Under the pieces are notes generated by a model that worked only from the letters and a program-made list of their open reading frames with translations, was not told the DNA's origin and searched no databases. Below are positions 10,627 through 22,852 of a stretch of DNA of 64,000 nucleotides, in pieces (the first letter of the stretch is position 1; each line of letters starts with the position of its first letter). The stretch is from an uncultured Actinomycetes bacterium (lineage in GTDB: Bacteria > Actinomycetota > Thermoleophilia > Gaiellales > Gaiellaceae), in assembly GCA_963794255.1 (NCBI GenBank), contig CAWCDC010000010.1:206033-270032 (forward strand). Reading direction: 5' to 3'. A program made the translations under genes and the position numbers.

Positions 10627-10705
10627 CGAGCGCGGCCCAGATCGCGGTCGCAGCAGCACCGGCCATCGGGTCGAACCCGGTTCGCCTTCCGGTAACGAGC
10701 CGGCA

Positions 10706-11794
10706 TTGACTCGTCCGGCGCGAGCGCTGCTGCTGCTCGCGTTCGTGGCGCTCCTCCTCGTCGGTTGTGGCGGTTCTTCTCGGCGGGAGTGCTCTGTCGT
10801 CTATCCGAGCCGTTCCGACGAAGGGCCAGCCGGTCACCGCCGCCGGCATGCACATTGCGCAGCAGGTCGTCGAGAACCGCGTCAACAAGATCGGCGTCGC
10901 CTCGCCGAGCGTCGCTGTCCATGGGGACGAGCTCGTGATCGAGTTCGGGGGCACCCACGCGCCCGCCGACGTCGCGAAGACCATCGCCATGACCGGCCGG
11001 CTCGAGATGTTCGACTTCGAGCCGAGCCTCGAGCCGCCGAGCGTGAGCGCGAACCAGCAGCCGACTCCCGCTGCCGTCGCTGTACAAGCTGCTCGAGGCG
11101 GTGCAGAGCCGAGCGGACGAGGGCCTCGCCGCAGGGCGTACTACCTGTTCAGCGACGCCCTCTCACGCGGTCGTGCAGGGGCCGGCTGCCACGGTCGAGC
11201 AGCTGCTGTCGCCCTACAAGAGCCGGAAACAGCCCGCGCACACGGTGGTGCTGAAGGTGCCCGCGAACACCGAGCCGGTGTGGTGCGCCGGGCGTCGGTC
11301 TGTCCGGGCGTCGAGTCGGGCGGGACCTCGACGAGCGGCAAGTACTGGTACCTGCTCAAGGACTTCCCCCCGCCGCCGGCCTGACCGGGAAGGATCTCGT
11401 CGAGTCGGGCATCAATGCGAACGTCGACACGAACACCGGCGAGCCGATCGTGACGATTCAGTTCACGGGGAACGGCTCGCAGGGGTTCAGGCGGATCACG
11501 AAGGCGGAATACGACCGCGGCCGCGTCAACGCCGGCCAGGCTGGTCAGCTGCAGACGACCAACCAGGACATGATCGCGACGTACGCAGGCCACAACGCGT
11601 TCGTCCTCGACGGGCGGCTCAAAGAGACGCCGTACATCGACTACACCGACCCGGCCCTCTCCCAGGGCATCGTCGGCAACGCGCAGATCACGGAGCCGAG
11701 CACGAGCGTGGCAAAGCGGACGGCGCTCGTCCTTCAGAGCGGATCGCTCCCGTACACGTCGAGCAGGTCAAGCTCTCGGGCTGTGCCCCGCTAG
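10706..11794 (+). CDS. lipoprotein with a SecD P1-head-like periplasmic domain (about 3 frame breaks; 3-prime end uncertain)
   Basis: Signal and lipobox LLLLAFVALLLVGCGG. AQQVVENRVNKIGVASPSVAVHGDELVIEFGG..AKTIAMTGRLEMFDF, and later LTGKDL..GEPIVTIQF..AFVLDGRLKETPYI..GNAQITE..AKRTALVLQSGSLPY, parallel the SecD periplasmic head. No SecD membrane domain follows. Confidence 0.5.
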
Positions 11795-13438
11795 CCGGAG
11801 TCGCAGGTCGCCTCGGTGCCGCCGAAGAGCTCCCGCACGAGCCCGTCGGGCGTGCCCGGCACGCTGAGCACGAACCGGCCCGGCTGGGTGAGGTCGAGGA
11901 ACGTCATGCCGCCGGGGCCGGGCGAGACGCAGCCGCTTCCCTGCAGGTGCAGGTACGAGCTGTAGTGGTCGCGGAGCAGGTAGCGGCCGGACGCGAAGAC
12001 CGTCCCGCCGATCGTGGTGTGCCCGAAGGAGGTCACGACCGGATTCGCCGGGCCGGTGAGCAGCGGCGTCGCATGCGGCAGCTCGTAGACCGTCCAGTTC
12101 CGGCTGCGGAAGACGAGCTGCAGCCCGGAGTGCGGCCGCGCACTACACGCTCCTCCTGCGGACCGCCGTCCCAGTCGAGCGGCGTCGTCGTGCTGAGGAG
12201 GACGTAGCGGACGGCGTTCGAGCGGAGCCAGCTGCGATAGGCGTCGGCGTCGAGATTGTTCCTGTACAGAGTCGGGTTGTCGGCGACGTCGAGCTGCCGG
12301 TACCAGCCGCGCGCGAGCGGGAAGCCGGCTTTCGGGATCCAGTACGACTCCCAGTGCTCCGCCGTCGGCACGACCTCGACGCGGAACCCGGGCTGGTCGT
12401 GCGCACGCAGGAAACGGATCGCCGGCCGCCAGAAGCTCGCCTTCTGCGTGTTGTTGTCGAGGCGCGAAGGGGAGGAGCAGCGCGTACGGGACGAGGTTGT
12501 AGGCGAACGCCGCGGCGAGCGCGAGCACGACGAGGCGGCGCGGACGGAAGCCTGCGAGGCTCGCGGTGAGGAGCATGATCGGGAAGACGAAGGCGCTGAG
12601 CCGGGTCCAGTTGTCCCCGAGCGGCGACGGGACGATGTAGACGACGACGCTGCCGAGGCCCCAGAGCGCGTAGAAGGCCACGAGCGGCCCGGCTCCGCGG
12701 GCTTCGCGGGCGACGAGGAGCCCGAGCGCGCTGACGAGGAGAACCGACATGAAGTCGACCCAGTGGAACGGGTAGAAGCCGGTGGAGGCCGGGAAGACCA
12801 CGAGCGCGAGCAACTCGATCCCGGCCGCGACGCCGAGGCCGACGCCGAACCAGACGTGACGGCGCGCGATCCGGCGCTGTGAGATCGCGTACGCGCCGAC
12901 GATCAGGCAGAGGAACGCGAACGCAAGCGGGCTGAAGCCGACGGTGAGCGCAGCGACGACCGCCGCGAGACGGAGCCGCCGCAGCTGCAGCAGCTTGAGC
13001 GTGGCGAGCATCGCCGTGAAGCCGAGCGAGTACGCGTAGAGGCCGGTGAACATCGGCGCCGCGGCGAGCACGCCGAAGACGCGCGCCGGCCAGAGCGCCG
13101 CCCTGCCCCACTCCCGCCACACGATCGAGGCGAAGAGGACGGTCGATGCGACAGCCGAGACGAAGACGAGCGGCAGGTTCCCGACGAGGGCGGCCGGGAG
13201 GTAGTAGAGGAGGCTGTACGACGCGAGCGGGTACGTGCCCGCGTACCAGAAGTTGTCCCAGACGAGCGCGCCGTCGCGGACGAGGAACGTGCGGTAGAGA
13301 TGGACGGGAGCGTCTCCCGGCGCGGGCCCGACGAAGTGCACGAGCAGACCGAACCCGGCCGTGAGCGCAGCACCAAGCACCAGCTCGCGGCGGGGCGAGA
13401 GGCGCTGAAGATCGGAAAGACTTGCGGCGGCAGAGCTC
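11791..13438 (-). CDS. polytopic integral membrane protein with a C-terminal extracytoplasmic domain (possibly glycosyltransferase-like; about 2 frame breaks)
   Basis: This is the C-terminal 549 codons of ORF 11791..15783, from MSSAAASLSDL. It has more than 10 hydrophobic segments (..FWYAGTYPLASYSLLYYLPAAL..). The middle is recovered in ORF 12033..12371 (HWESYWIPKAGFPLARGWYRQLD). Confidence 0.6.
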
Positions 13439-13536
13439 ATCCGGGCAGAGGAATTCTCGCAGGAATCCCGGTTGTTCGGCGGTGGGCGAGTACAATCCGC
13501 GGTGCCCGGCATCCGGTTCGGAGCTGGAGCGAGATC

Positions 13537-14193
13537 GTGATCGAGAGAGTCGATGTCATCGGTTCGGGCCGCGTCGGTTCCGCCGTCGGCGCCCGCCTGC
13601 GCGAGCGCGGCCTCGGCGTGGGCGGCGAGGACCCCGACGTCGTCCTCCTCTGCGTTCCCGACACGGCCATTTCCGACGCGTCCAGGTGTCTGACACCTGG
13701 ACGTGCCTGGGTGGGACACGTCTCGGGTGCGACGCCGCTCGCCGCGCTCGCTCCGCACGAGCGCCGCTTCTCGCTCCATCCGCTCCAGACGTTCGACCGC
13801 AGCGGCGATCCGTCGCAGCTCGACGGCGCCTGGGCCGCGATCAGCGGGGAGACCGCCGAAGCGCTCGCGGTCGCGCGAGAGCTCGCCGAGACGCTCGGGC
13901 TGCGGCCGTTCGAGCTGGCCGACGGCGACCGGACGCTCTACCACGCCGGCGCCGTCTTCGCCTCGAACTACGTCGTGACGCTGCAGCGGGCCGCCGTGCG
14001 GCTCGGCGTCCCGGCCGAGGGGCTCGTTCCGTTGATGCAGGGGACGATCGCGCACGGGTTCGAGCTGACCGGCCCGATCGCGCGCGGCGACTGGGCGACG
14101 GTCGAGGCGCACGAGCAGGCGATCCGGGAAAGCCATCCCGAGCTCGAGCAGCTCTACGAGACGCTCGCCGAAGCGACTGCGCAGCTCGCATGA
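13537..14193 (+). CDS. Rossmann-fold oxidoreductase, DUF2520 / ketopantoate-reductase-like, in the pan cluster
   Basis: GTG-IERVDVIGSGRVGSAVG..VVLLCVPDTAI.. ..YHAGAVFASNYVVTL.. ..PIARGDWATVEAH. It overlaps the panC start (ATGA). Confidence 0.65.
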   Translation: MIERVDVIGSGRVGSAVGARLRERGLGVGGEDPDVVLLCVPDTAISDASRCLTPGRAWVGHVSGATPLAALAPHERRFSLHPLQTFDRSGDPSQLDGAWAAISGETAEALAVARELAETLGLRPFELADGDRTLYHAGAVFASNYVVTLQRAAVRLGVPAEGLVPLMQGTIAHGFELTGPIARGDWATVEAHEQAIRESHPELEQLYETLAEATAQLA

Positions 14194-14956
14194 AGGTCTT
14201 CCGCACGATCGCAGAGCTCGAGACGGCGCCGGACACCGGGCTCGTGCCGACCATGGGAGCGCTGCACGACGGCCACCGTGCGCTGTTCCGCGCGGCGCGC
14301 GGAGAGAACAGCCGCGGTCGTCGCATCGCTGTTCGTCAACCCGGCCCAGTTCGACGAGCAGTCCGATCTCGCTGCCTATCCACGCGACGAGGAGCGCGAT
14401 CTCGAGCTCGCGGACGCTGAAGGCGTCGACGCCGTCTTCGCGCCCGGGCTCGACGAGCTCTATCCGCCGGGGTTCGCCACGTGGGTCGAACCGGACGACA
14501 CGGGAGCCGAGGGTGCGGCGCGACCGGGGCACTTCCGCGGCGTTGCGACGGTCTGCCTGAAGCTGTTCAACCTCGTCGCGCCCGAGCGCGCGTACTTCGG
14601 CCAGAAGGACGCGGAGCAGATCTCGGTCATCCGCCGCCTCGTCCGGGACCTGAACGTGCCGGTGGCGATTCGCGTGGTGTCGACCGTTCGCGATCCGGAC
14701 GGGCTCGCCCTGTCCTCTCGCAACGTTCACCTCTCGCCCGACGAGCGCGAGCAGGCGCTCGCGCTGCCTCGGGCACTGCGCGGTGCCGGTTACGAGCCCT
14801 GACCCGGTCGCCGCCGTGCGCGCGTCGCTGAACGGCCTCGAGCCGGAGTACGTCGAGGTGCTCGACCTCGGCGGCGCGAAGATCCTCGCCGCCGCAGTCC
14901 GCGTCGGCTCCACCCGCCTGATCGACAACGTCCTCCTGGAAGGAGAGCTCACATGA
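14190..14956 (+). CDS. panC: pantoate-beta-alanine ligase (about 2 frame breaks)
   Basis: [28 protein letters not shown], then [48 protein letters not shown], with tail ..[10 protein letters not shown] recovered in a third frame. Confidence 0.85.
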
Positions 14957-15873
14957 GCGACAACCCGAAGCCCGCGCGCTACGCCTCCTGGACGACCGGC
15001 AAGCTCCCGCTCCCCGAGCTCGCCGAGCTGAAGGGTCGCGGCGACAAGATCGTGATGGTCACGGCATACGACGCTCCGAGCGGGCGGCTCGCCGACGCGG
15101 CCGGCGTCGACCTGATCCTGGTGGGCGACTCGTCGGGGATGGTCGTCCACGGCCGGGAGTCGACGGTGCCGGTGTCGCTCGACGAGATCGTGTTCATGAC
15201 GCAGTGGGTGACGCGCGGCGCGAAGCGGCCGCTCGTGATCGCGGACATGCCGTTCGGCTCGTACGAGGAGTCGGACGAGCAAGCCGTGCGGAACGCGGTG
15301 CGCCTCGTGAAGGAAGGCGGCGCGGACGCGGTCAAGCTCGAGCGCGGCGGAACCTCGGTCGCGCGCGCGCGGGCGATCGTCGGGGCAGGGATCCCCGTGA
15401 TGGGACACGTCGGCCTGACGCCGCAGACTGCGACCGTGCTGGGCGGTTTCAAGGCGCAGGGACGAACGGCAGAGCGCGCGCGGCAGCTGGTCGACGATGC
15501 GCTCGCGCTGGAGGCGGCGGGCTGCTTCGCCATCGTGCTCGAGGCCGTTCCACCGGCTGTGGGACGCGCTGCGACGAAGGCGCTCACGGTGCCGACGATC
15601 GGCATCGGCGCCGGCGCAGACACCGACGGCCAGGTGCTCGTCTGGCACGACATGCTCGGCTTCTACGAGGGCCGCGCGCCGCGGTTCGTCAAGCGCTACG
15701 CCGAGCTCGGCGACGCGATCGTCGAAGCGCTGTCGCAGTACGCCGAGGAGGTGCGGACGGGCGCCTTCCCCGACGAGCGGCACATGTACGCGATGCCCGA
15801 GGAGGAGCAGGCTGCGTTCGAAAGCGACTCAGTCGAGCGAGGTCTACCCGAGGTGAGCCGAGAGCACGAGTAG
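14953..15873 (+). CDS. panB: 3-methyl-2-oxobutanoate hydroxymethyltransferase
   Basis: Intact 306-aa ORF: ..KIVMVTAYDAPSG..DLILVGDSSGMVVHG..ADMPFGSY..DAVKLEGG-like..MGHVGLTPQ..IGIGAG. Confidence 0.95.
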   Translation: MSDNPKPARYASWTTGKLPLPELAELKGRGDKIVMVTAYDAPSGRLADAAGVDLILVGDSSGMVVHGRESTVPVSLDEIVFMTQWVTRGAKRPLVIADMPFGSYEESDEQAVRNAVRLVKEGGADAVKLERGGTSVARARAIVGAGIPVMGHVGLTPQTATVLGGFKAQGRTAERARQLVDDALALEAAGCFAIVLEAVPPAVGRAATKALTVPTIGIGAGADTDGQVLVWHDMLGFYEGRAPRFVKRYAELGDAIVEALSQYAEEVRTGAFPDERHMYAMPEEEQAAFESDSVERGLPEVSREHE

Positions 15874-16555
15874 AGCCGGTAGCGACCGCCGCCAGCCCCA
15901 CGGTCGCCAGCGAGCGGCTCCAGCTCCACCCGTGCACGCTGCGGACGCCGATCACGAGCAGCACGGCGCTCCACGCGAACGCGGCGAAGATGATTCCCCC
16001 GAAGACCCGGTCGCCCGGCCCCCAGTCGGGTCCGCCGGTGCGGAAGAGGTTCTCGCCGTAGATCGCGATCCGGATCGGCCAGACCGTGAAGAGCGTGAGC
16101 GCAATCGGCGTCGCCGAGAGCACGAGCAGGTGCCGCGCGCGGCGGTAGCTGCCGAGGCTGCCGAAGCGGCGGGCCGCGCCGAAGAGGAGGCCGCCTCCGA
16201 GCCAGTAGACGGCGACGGCGTAGACGATGCCGCCGAAAAAGGCCCAGACCGGGATCACGGAGACCGAGATCGACCCGTCGTTGAGCAGGGTGCGTGCGAC
16301 GGGGGTCGCGAGCACCCCGGCGATTCCCGCCAGAGCCGCAATCGCGGTGATCGGCTCCTGCCGCGCCTCGACCGCCTCCTCCGAGTCGTCGCGCAGCGAG
16401 ACGAAGACGGCGCGCGGCGCAACGAGCACGGCCGGCGCGCGTAGCCACCAGCTCCGCTCGAAGCGCCGAGCTGCGCGCGGTCTCGGCCCTTGCCGCCATC
16501 GCGATGAGGAGCCGTAGCCGGTCAGAGGTGACACGGCGAGCACGACGAGCAGCAC
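15844..16555 (-). CDS. Yip1-domain membrane protein (probable frame break at the extreme C-terminus)
   Basis: ORF 15689..16555 has several TM segments (AIAALAGIAGVLATP, VIPVWAFFGGIVYAVAVYWLGGGLLF, LLVLSATPIALTLF, FGGIIFAAFAWSAVLLVIG). The alternative tail ALLVLSAHLG-stop gives the end at 15844. Confidence 0.55.
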
Positions 16556-16567
16556 GGTCGAGCAGCA

Positions 16568-16747
16568 TCAGCCGCCCGAGACCCAGGCCCAGGTGCGCAG
16601 CTGCGACTTCTTGCGCGGATCCTGCTGGCCGCCCTGCAGCAGCAGCGCCGCTATCAGCGCGATGAAGGGGAAGAACAGCGTCGCGAGCACGGCGCCTGCA
16701 ACGGCTGCACCGGTGTAGCCAGCTTCCGCTGGGGCGCCTGCCTCCAT
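16568..16747 (-). CDS. small hypothetical membrane protein
   Basis: MEAGAPAEAGYTGAAVAGAVLATLFFPFIALIAALLLQGGQQDPRKK.., the terminal part of ORF 16568..17440. Confidence 0.4.
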   Translation of the reverse strand: MEAGAPAEAGYTGAAVAGAVLATLFFPFIALIAALLLQGGQQDPRKKSQLRTWAWVSGG

Positions 16748-16809
16748 GCGGTGGAGTCTGACGCCGAGCCGCGCGCCGGACAAGTGTCCGTTTCGGACGT
16801 GTCTTCCCT

Positions 16810-19656
<2,847 letters not shown>

Positions 19657-19664
19657 GTGAGGCC

Positions 19665-19689
19665 ATTCTATCCGCCGAACGTGTGTTCG
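19665..19689 (-). promoter_or_regulatory. LexA (SOS/Cheo-type) box plus candidate -10 element of uvrA
   Basis: Perfect palindrome CGAACGTGTGTTCG at 19676-19689 fits the Gram-positive/actinobacterial CGAAC-N4-GTTCG consensus. On the uvrA strand it is followed by TAGAAT (19665-19670), about 8 nt before the ATG at 19656. Confidence 0.6.
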
Positions 19690-19696
19690 GAAAGGG

Positions 19697-20098
19697 TTAT
19701 CTGCGCTGCTGCAGGAGACGCGTCAGCCGCCGCGGCACGCAGTCGATCTCGAGCTCTCCGGCGACCACGGTGCCGTAGCCGAGGATGCGGCCGAGCAGGG
19801 GCCGCTCGACCTCGAACACCGTCCCGTTGAGCGAGACCGTGGCGCTGCTCCGGCGCAGGAACCCGTGCTCGACGACGAGTGCGTTCTCGGTCACGAAGAG
19901 GTGCGTTCGCTCCCAGCGACCCACTGCGGCGACGGCGATCAGAGCGGCGAGACCGAGCAGGAGCGCGCCCGCGACTCCCACCAACGGCCACGGGGCGAGA
20001 AAGCACGCGGCACCCGCGAGAGCGAGAACGAGCGCGCGCAGAAGCGGGCGCGCGAGCGCGATCCCGTGCCGGTGCGCTGCAAAGACGGGCGTATCCAC
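19697..20098 (-). CDS. membrane protein with bacterial PH-like (YdbT/DUF304-type) domain
   Basis: Intact ORF. Two TM segments, then [51 protein letters not shown]. Confidence 0.55.
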   Translation of the reverse strand: MDTPVFAAHRHGIALARPLLRALVLALAGAACFLAPWPLVGVAGALLLGLAALIAVAAVGRWERTHLFVTENALVVEHGFLRRSSATVSLNGTVFEVERPLLGRILGYGTVVAGELEIDCVPRRLTRLLQQRR

Positions 20099-20114
20099 GG
20101 CCGCTTCGTTCTAG

Positions 20115-21206
20115 TTGCAACAACGAATCCCTGTGGAAATCGGTGGAACAGCACGCCGGGCGGCGACGACGACCATCGTCGTCCTCGCGATCCTGATCGC
20201 GGCACTCGCGCTCTGGAAGATCCGCGTGGTGATTGCGCTGCTCTTTCTCGGCTTCGTGATCGCGTCGGCGATGCGGCCGAGCATCGAGTGGCTCCATCGG
20301 CGGGCGCGCGTCCCGCGGCCCGTCGGCGTCGTCCTCCACTACGTCGGCTTCCTCGCGGCGATCGCGCTCTTCCTCTATCTCGTCGTGCCGGTCGCGATCA
20401 CCCAGATCGACAACGCGATCGGCCAGGTGCCCACCTCGACATCCCAGCTGCACCACGCCGCCGTCCACTCGCACGGGATCCGCCACGAGATCCTCAGCGC
20501 GATCGACAAGCGGCTGCGGCAGCTGCCGTCGGGCGCCAGCCTCCTCCACCCCGCCATCTCGCTCGGGGCGAAGGCGCTCGAGGTCCTGGTCGGGATCCTG
20601 TTCATGTTTGCCGTGGGCGCCTACTGGATCTTCGAGCGCGACGCGACGATCGGGCTCATCCAGTCGCTCGTGCCGCGCAAGCACCGGCGCGTGACGCGCG
20701 ACACGTGGGTCCTGATCGACATGAAGCTGGGCGCGTTCGTCCGCGGGCAGTTCCTGCTCGTCACGATCGTGGCCTGCCTGCTCTCTTTCGCCTTCTGGCT
20801 CGACGGAGAGCCGTACTGGCTGCTGATCGGCGTCGGCGCCGGGATCGTCGAGCTCATCCCGATCGTCGGGCCGCTGGCCGCAGGAGCAGTCGCGATCGGT
20901 GCCGGGCTGACCGCCGGGTGGACGGTCGCGGTCGGCGCCGGCGTCGCGGTGCTCATCCTGCGGCAGCTGCAGGACTACGCCATCGCGCCGCGCGTCATGG
21001 GCCACGCGGTCGGACTGTCGCCGCTCGTCGTGCTGATCTCGGTCGTCTCCGTGGGCTACCTGCTCGGACCGATCTACGTGCTCATCGCCACGCCGCTGGC
21101 TGCGGTCGCCGCCACCCTCGTGGACGTCGTCGTCCGAGGACGCGATCCGGCCGAGGAGGATGCGCCGGCCGTGCTGTTCGCCAGCACAGCCGAGGGCAAG
21201 CGCTAG
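20115..21206 (+). CDS. AI-2E family (PerM-like) transporter
   Basis: Intact 363-aa polytopic ORF: ..LLFLGFVIASAMRP..LHYVGFLAAIALFLYLVVP..IVELIPIVGPLAAGAV.. Confidence 0.8.
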   Translation: MQQRIPVEIGGTARRAATTTIVVLAILIAALALWKIRVVIALLFLGFVIASAMRPSIEWLHRRARVPRPVGVVLHYVGFLAAIALFLYLVVPVAITQIDNAIGQVPTSTSQLHHAAVHSHGIRHEILSAIDKRLRQLPSGASLLHPAISLGAKALEVLVGILFMFAVGAYWIFERDATIGLIQSLVPRKHRRVTRDTWVLIDMKLGAFVRGQFLLVTIVACLLSFAFWLDGEPYWLLIGVGAGIVELIPIVGPLAAGAVAIGAGLTAGWTVAVGAGVAVLILRQLQDYAIAPRVMGHAVGLSPLVVLISVVSVGYLLGPIYVLIATPLAAVAATLVDVVVRGRDPAEEDAPAVLFASTAEGKR

Positions 21207-21213
21207 CTCGTCT

Positions 21214-21453
21214 TCAGGCCCTGCGCCAGCGCCCGAAGACCAGGCCGCCGAGCGTGAACCCGAGGCCGAACGTGCCGAAGGCAAACGCGCCGATCGCCGC
21301 GGCCTTCCGAGCGGTCGAGAGCCGCTGCCAGCCGGTGAGCGCCTCGCGCTCCTCGTCGGTCAGCTCCTCACCCCGGCGCTGCTTGCGCAGCGCGCCGCCG
21401 GCCCGCACGCCGAGATAGAGGTCGTCGAAAATCTCGGAGGAGTCTTCTGTCAC
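21214..21453 (-). CDS. hypothetical small C-terminally anchored protein
   Basis: GTG-TEDSSEIFDDLYLGVRAGG..EELTDEEREALTGWQRL.. then AAAIGAFAFGTFGLGFTLGGLVFG. Start chosen at the GTG at 21453. Confidence 0.4.
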   Translation of the reverse strand: MTEDSSEIFDDLYLGVRAGGALRKQRRGEELTDEEREALTGWQRLSTARKAAAIGAFAFGTFGLGFTLGGLVFGRWRRA

Positions 21454-21481
21454 GGCTTCCAATCTATAGCCTCGTTCGATT

Positions 21482-22273
21482 GTGAACGCACGGCTCCTCC
21501 ATGTTTCCGATCTGCACACCGGTACACATGAGGAGCCGGAGGTCGGGCAGGCTCTCGGGCGCCTCGTCGAGCGGTTGGAGCCTCAGCTCGTCGTTGCGTC
21601 CGGCGATCTTGCCCACCGCGGCCGCGGCCGGGAGCTCGAGCGTGCGGCGGAGCTGCTGCGCTCGCTCGGACCGCCGGTGCTCGCTGTGCCGGGTAACCAC
21701 GACATCCCCCACACGCCCGCGCGGTTCGTCCGCCCCTGGGCCGAGTTCGAGCGGGTCTGGGAGACGACCGAGCCGACCGTGTCGCTTCCCGGGCTGCAAG
21801 TGGTCGGTCTCAACTCGGCGCGCCCCTTTCGCCACCAGGGCGGGGCGCTGAGCCGAGCGCAGCTCGAGCGGGCCTCCGAGCGGCTCGCCGCTGCCGAAGC
21901 AGGTGCGCTCCGGGTGGCAGTCCTCCACCATCACCTGATCGGCGCGCCGTGGCGCGCAGCGCGCAAGCGACCGGTCTCGCAGCGAGGCCGGGTGCTGGCG
22001 ACGCTCGTGGAGGCCGGCGCGGAGCTGATCCTCGGGGGTCACATCCACCAGGCCGCCGTGAGCGAGCGCCGCGAGTTCGAGGTGGTGGACGGCGGGTCGG
22101 GCACGGCTGTGGTCGCCATCGCGCCCGGGCTCGGACAACCGCGGCCGCGGCGCTCCGGCGAGGCTCGCGGGCTCCAGTTACACGAGGCGGACGCCGACTC
22201 GATCGTCGTGCGCACCTTCCTCTGGTCACGCGGTGACTGGCTGCTCGCGGCCGAGCGCCGCTTCGCGCGTTAG
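21482..22273 (+). CDS. metallophosphoesterase (calcineurin-like)
   Basis: Intact ORF: LLHVSDLHTG, ASGDLAHRG, VPGNHD, VLHHHL, LGGHIH. Confidence 0.8.
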   Translation: MNARLLHVSDLHTGTHEEPEVGQALGRLVERLEPQLVVASGDLAHRGRGRELERAAELLRSLGPPVLAVPGNHDIPHTPARFVRPWAEFERVWETTEPTVSLPGLQVVGLNSARPFRHQGGALSRAQLERASERLAAAEAGALRVAVLHHHLIGAPWRAARKRPVSQRGRVLATLVEAGAELILGGHIHQAAVSERREFEVVDGGSGTAVVAIAPGLGQPRPRRSGEARGLQLHEADADSIVVRTFLWSRGDWLLAAERRFAR

Positions 22274-22818
22274 CGAAGGCTCTCGAGGAGCCGCGTCTTC
22301 GCTTCGCTGTACTCGTCGTCGTCGAGGACACCCGTGTCGTGCAGCTCCTCGAGCAGGCCGAGATAGTGCGCCGGGTTCTCGGTCGGATCGTCGCGCGAGG
22401 GCGGTTGGATGCCGACCGGCGACACCGGCAGCGAGGGCCGAGGCTGAAGGCCGAACGGCTGGCTCCCGATCTGGTCCGGATCGATGCCGGCGCGTTTCAG
22501 CCGCTCGCGGTACTGCTCGACGCCGAAACCGCGCTCGGGAAAGCGGTAGGCGCCTTTCCCCCACAGGGGCCGCTTCTGGACGAAGCGCCGGTAGATCACC
22601 ACCAGCCCGACCGCGACGCAGAAGCTCGCGAGGCCCGACCAGGAAGCGGCACTCCGGCCGCCGATCGCGAGCACGATCCCGGTTCCGGCCACGAAGCCCA
22701 CGAGGCCGATCGTCAGGGTGAGCCACGGCGGCATCGGATCCGGGCCCGGCAGCGCCCAGCGCGCGAGCGCCCCGGTGACGAACGCGATGAAGAGCGCCCC
22801 GATCAACTGCCCGACCAT
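22270..22818 (-). CDS. GlsB/YeaQ/YmgE-type membrane protein fused to a C-terminal SHOCT domain
   Basis: Intact ORF. N-terminal TM bundle (QLIGALFIAFVTGALARWALPG..). C-terminus LGLLEELHDTGVLDDDEYSEAKTRLL. Confidence 0.65.
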   Translation of the reverse strand: MVGQLIGALFIAFVTGALARWALPGPDPMPPWLTLTIGLVGFVAGTGIVLAIGGRSAASWSGLASFCVAVGLVVIYRRFVQKRPLWGKGAYRFPERGFGVEQYRERLKRAGIDPDQIGSQPFGLQPRPSLPVSPVGIQPPSRDDPTENPAHYLGLLEELHDTGVLDDDEYSEAKTRLLESLR

Positions 22819-22852
22819 GCGCGGAGCGTAGCGCGACGAGCTGAACGGACAC

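Noticed and set aside
11791-15783. 1330-aa minus-strand ORF
   Set aside because: Only the last ~549 codons (11791-13438, from MSSAAASLSDL) look like a real membrane protein. The remainder is antisense to the intact panB and to panC/DUF2520.
16766-16803. Another possible degenerate repeat copy (GAGCCGCGCGCCGGACAAGTGTCCGTTTCGGACGTGTC) between uvrA and the small membrane gene
   Set aside because: The similarity to R5 is patchy and needs several gaps. The sequence also forms its own small hairpin (CGGAC-N5-GTCCG), so it may simply be a terminator.
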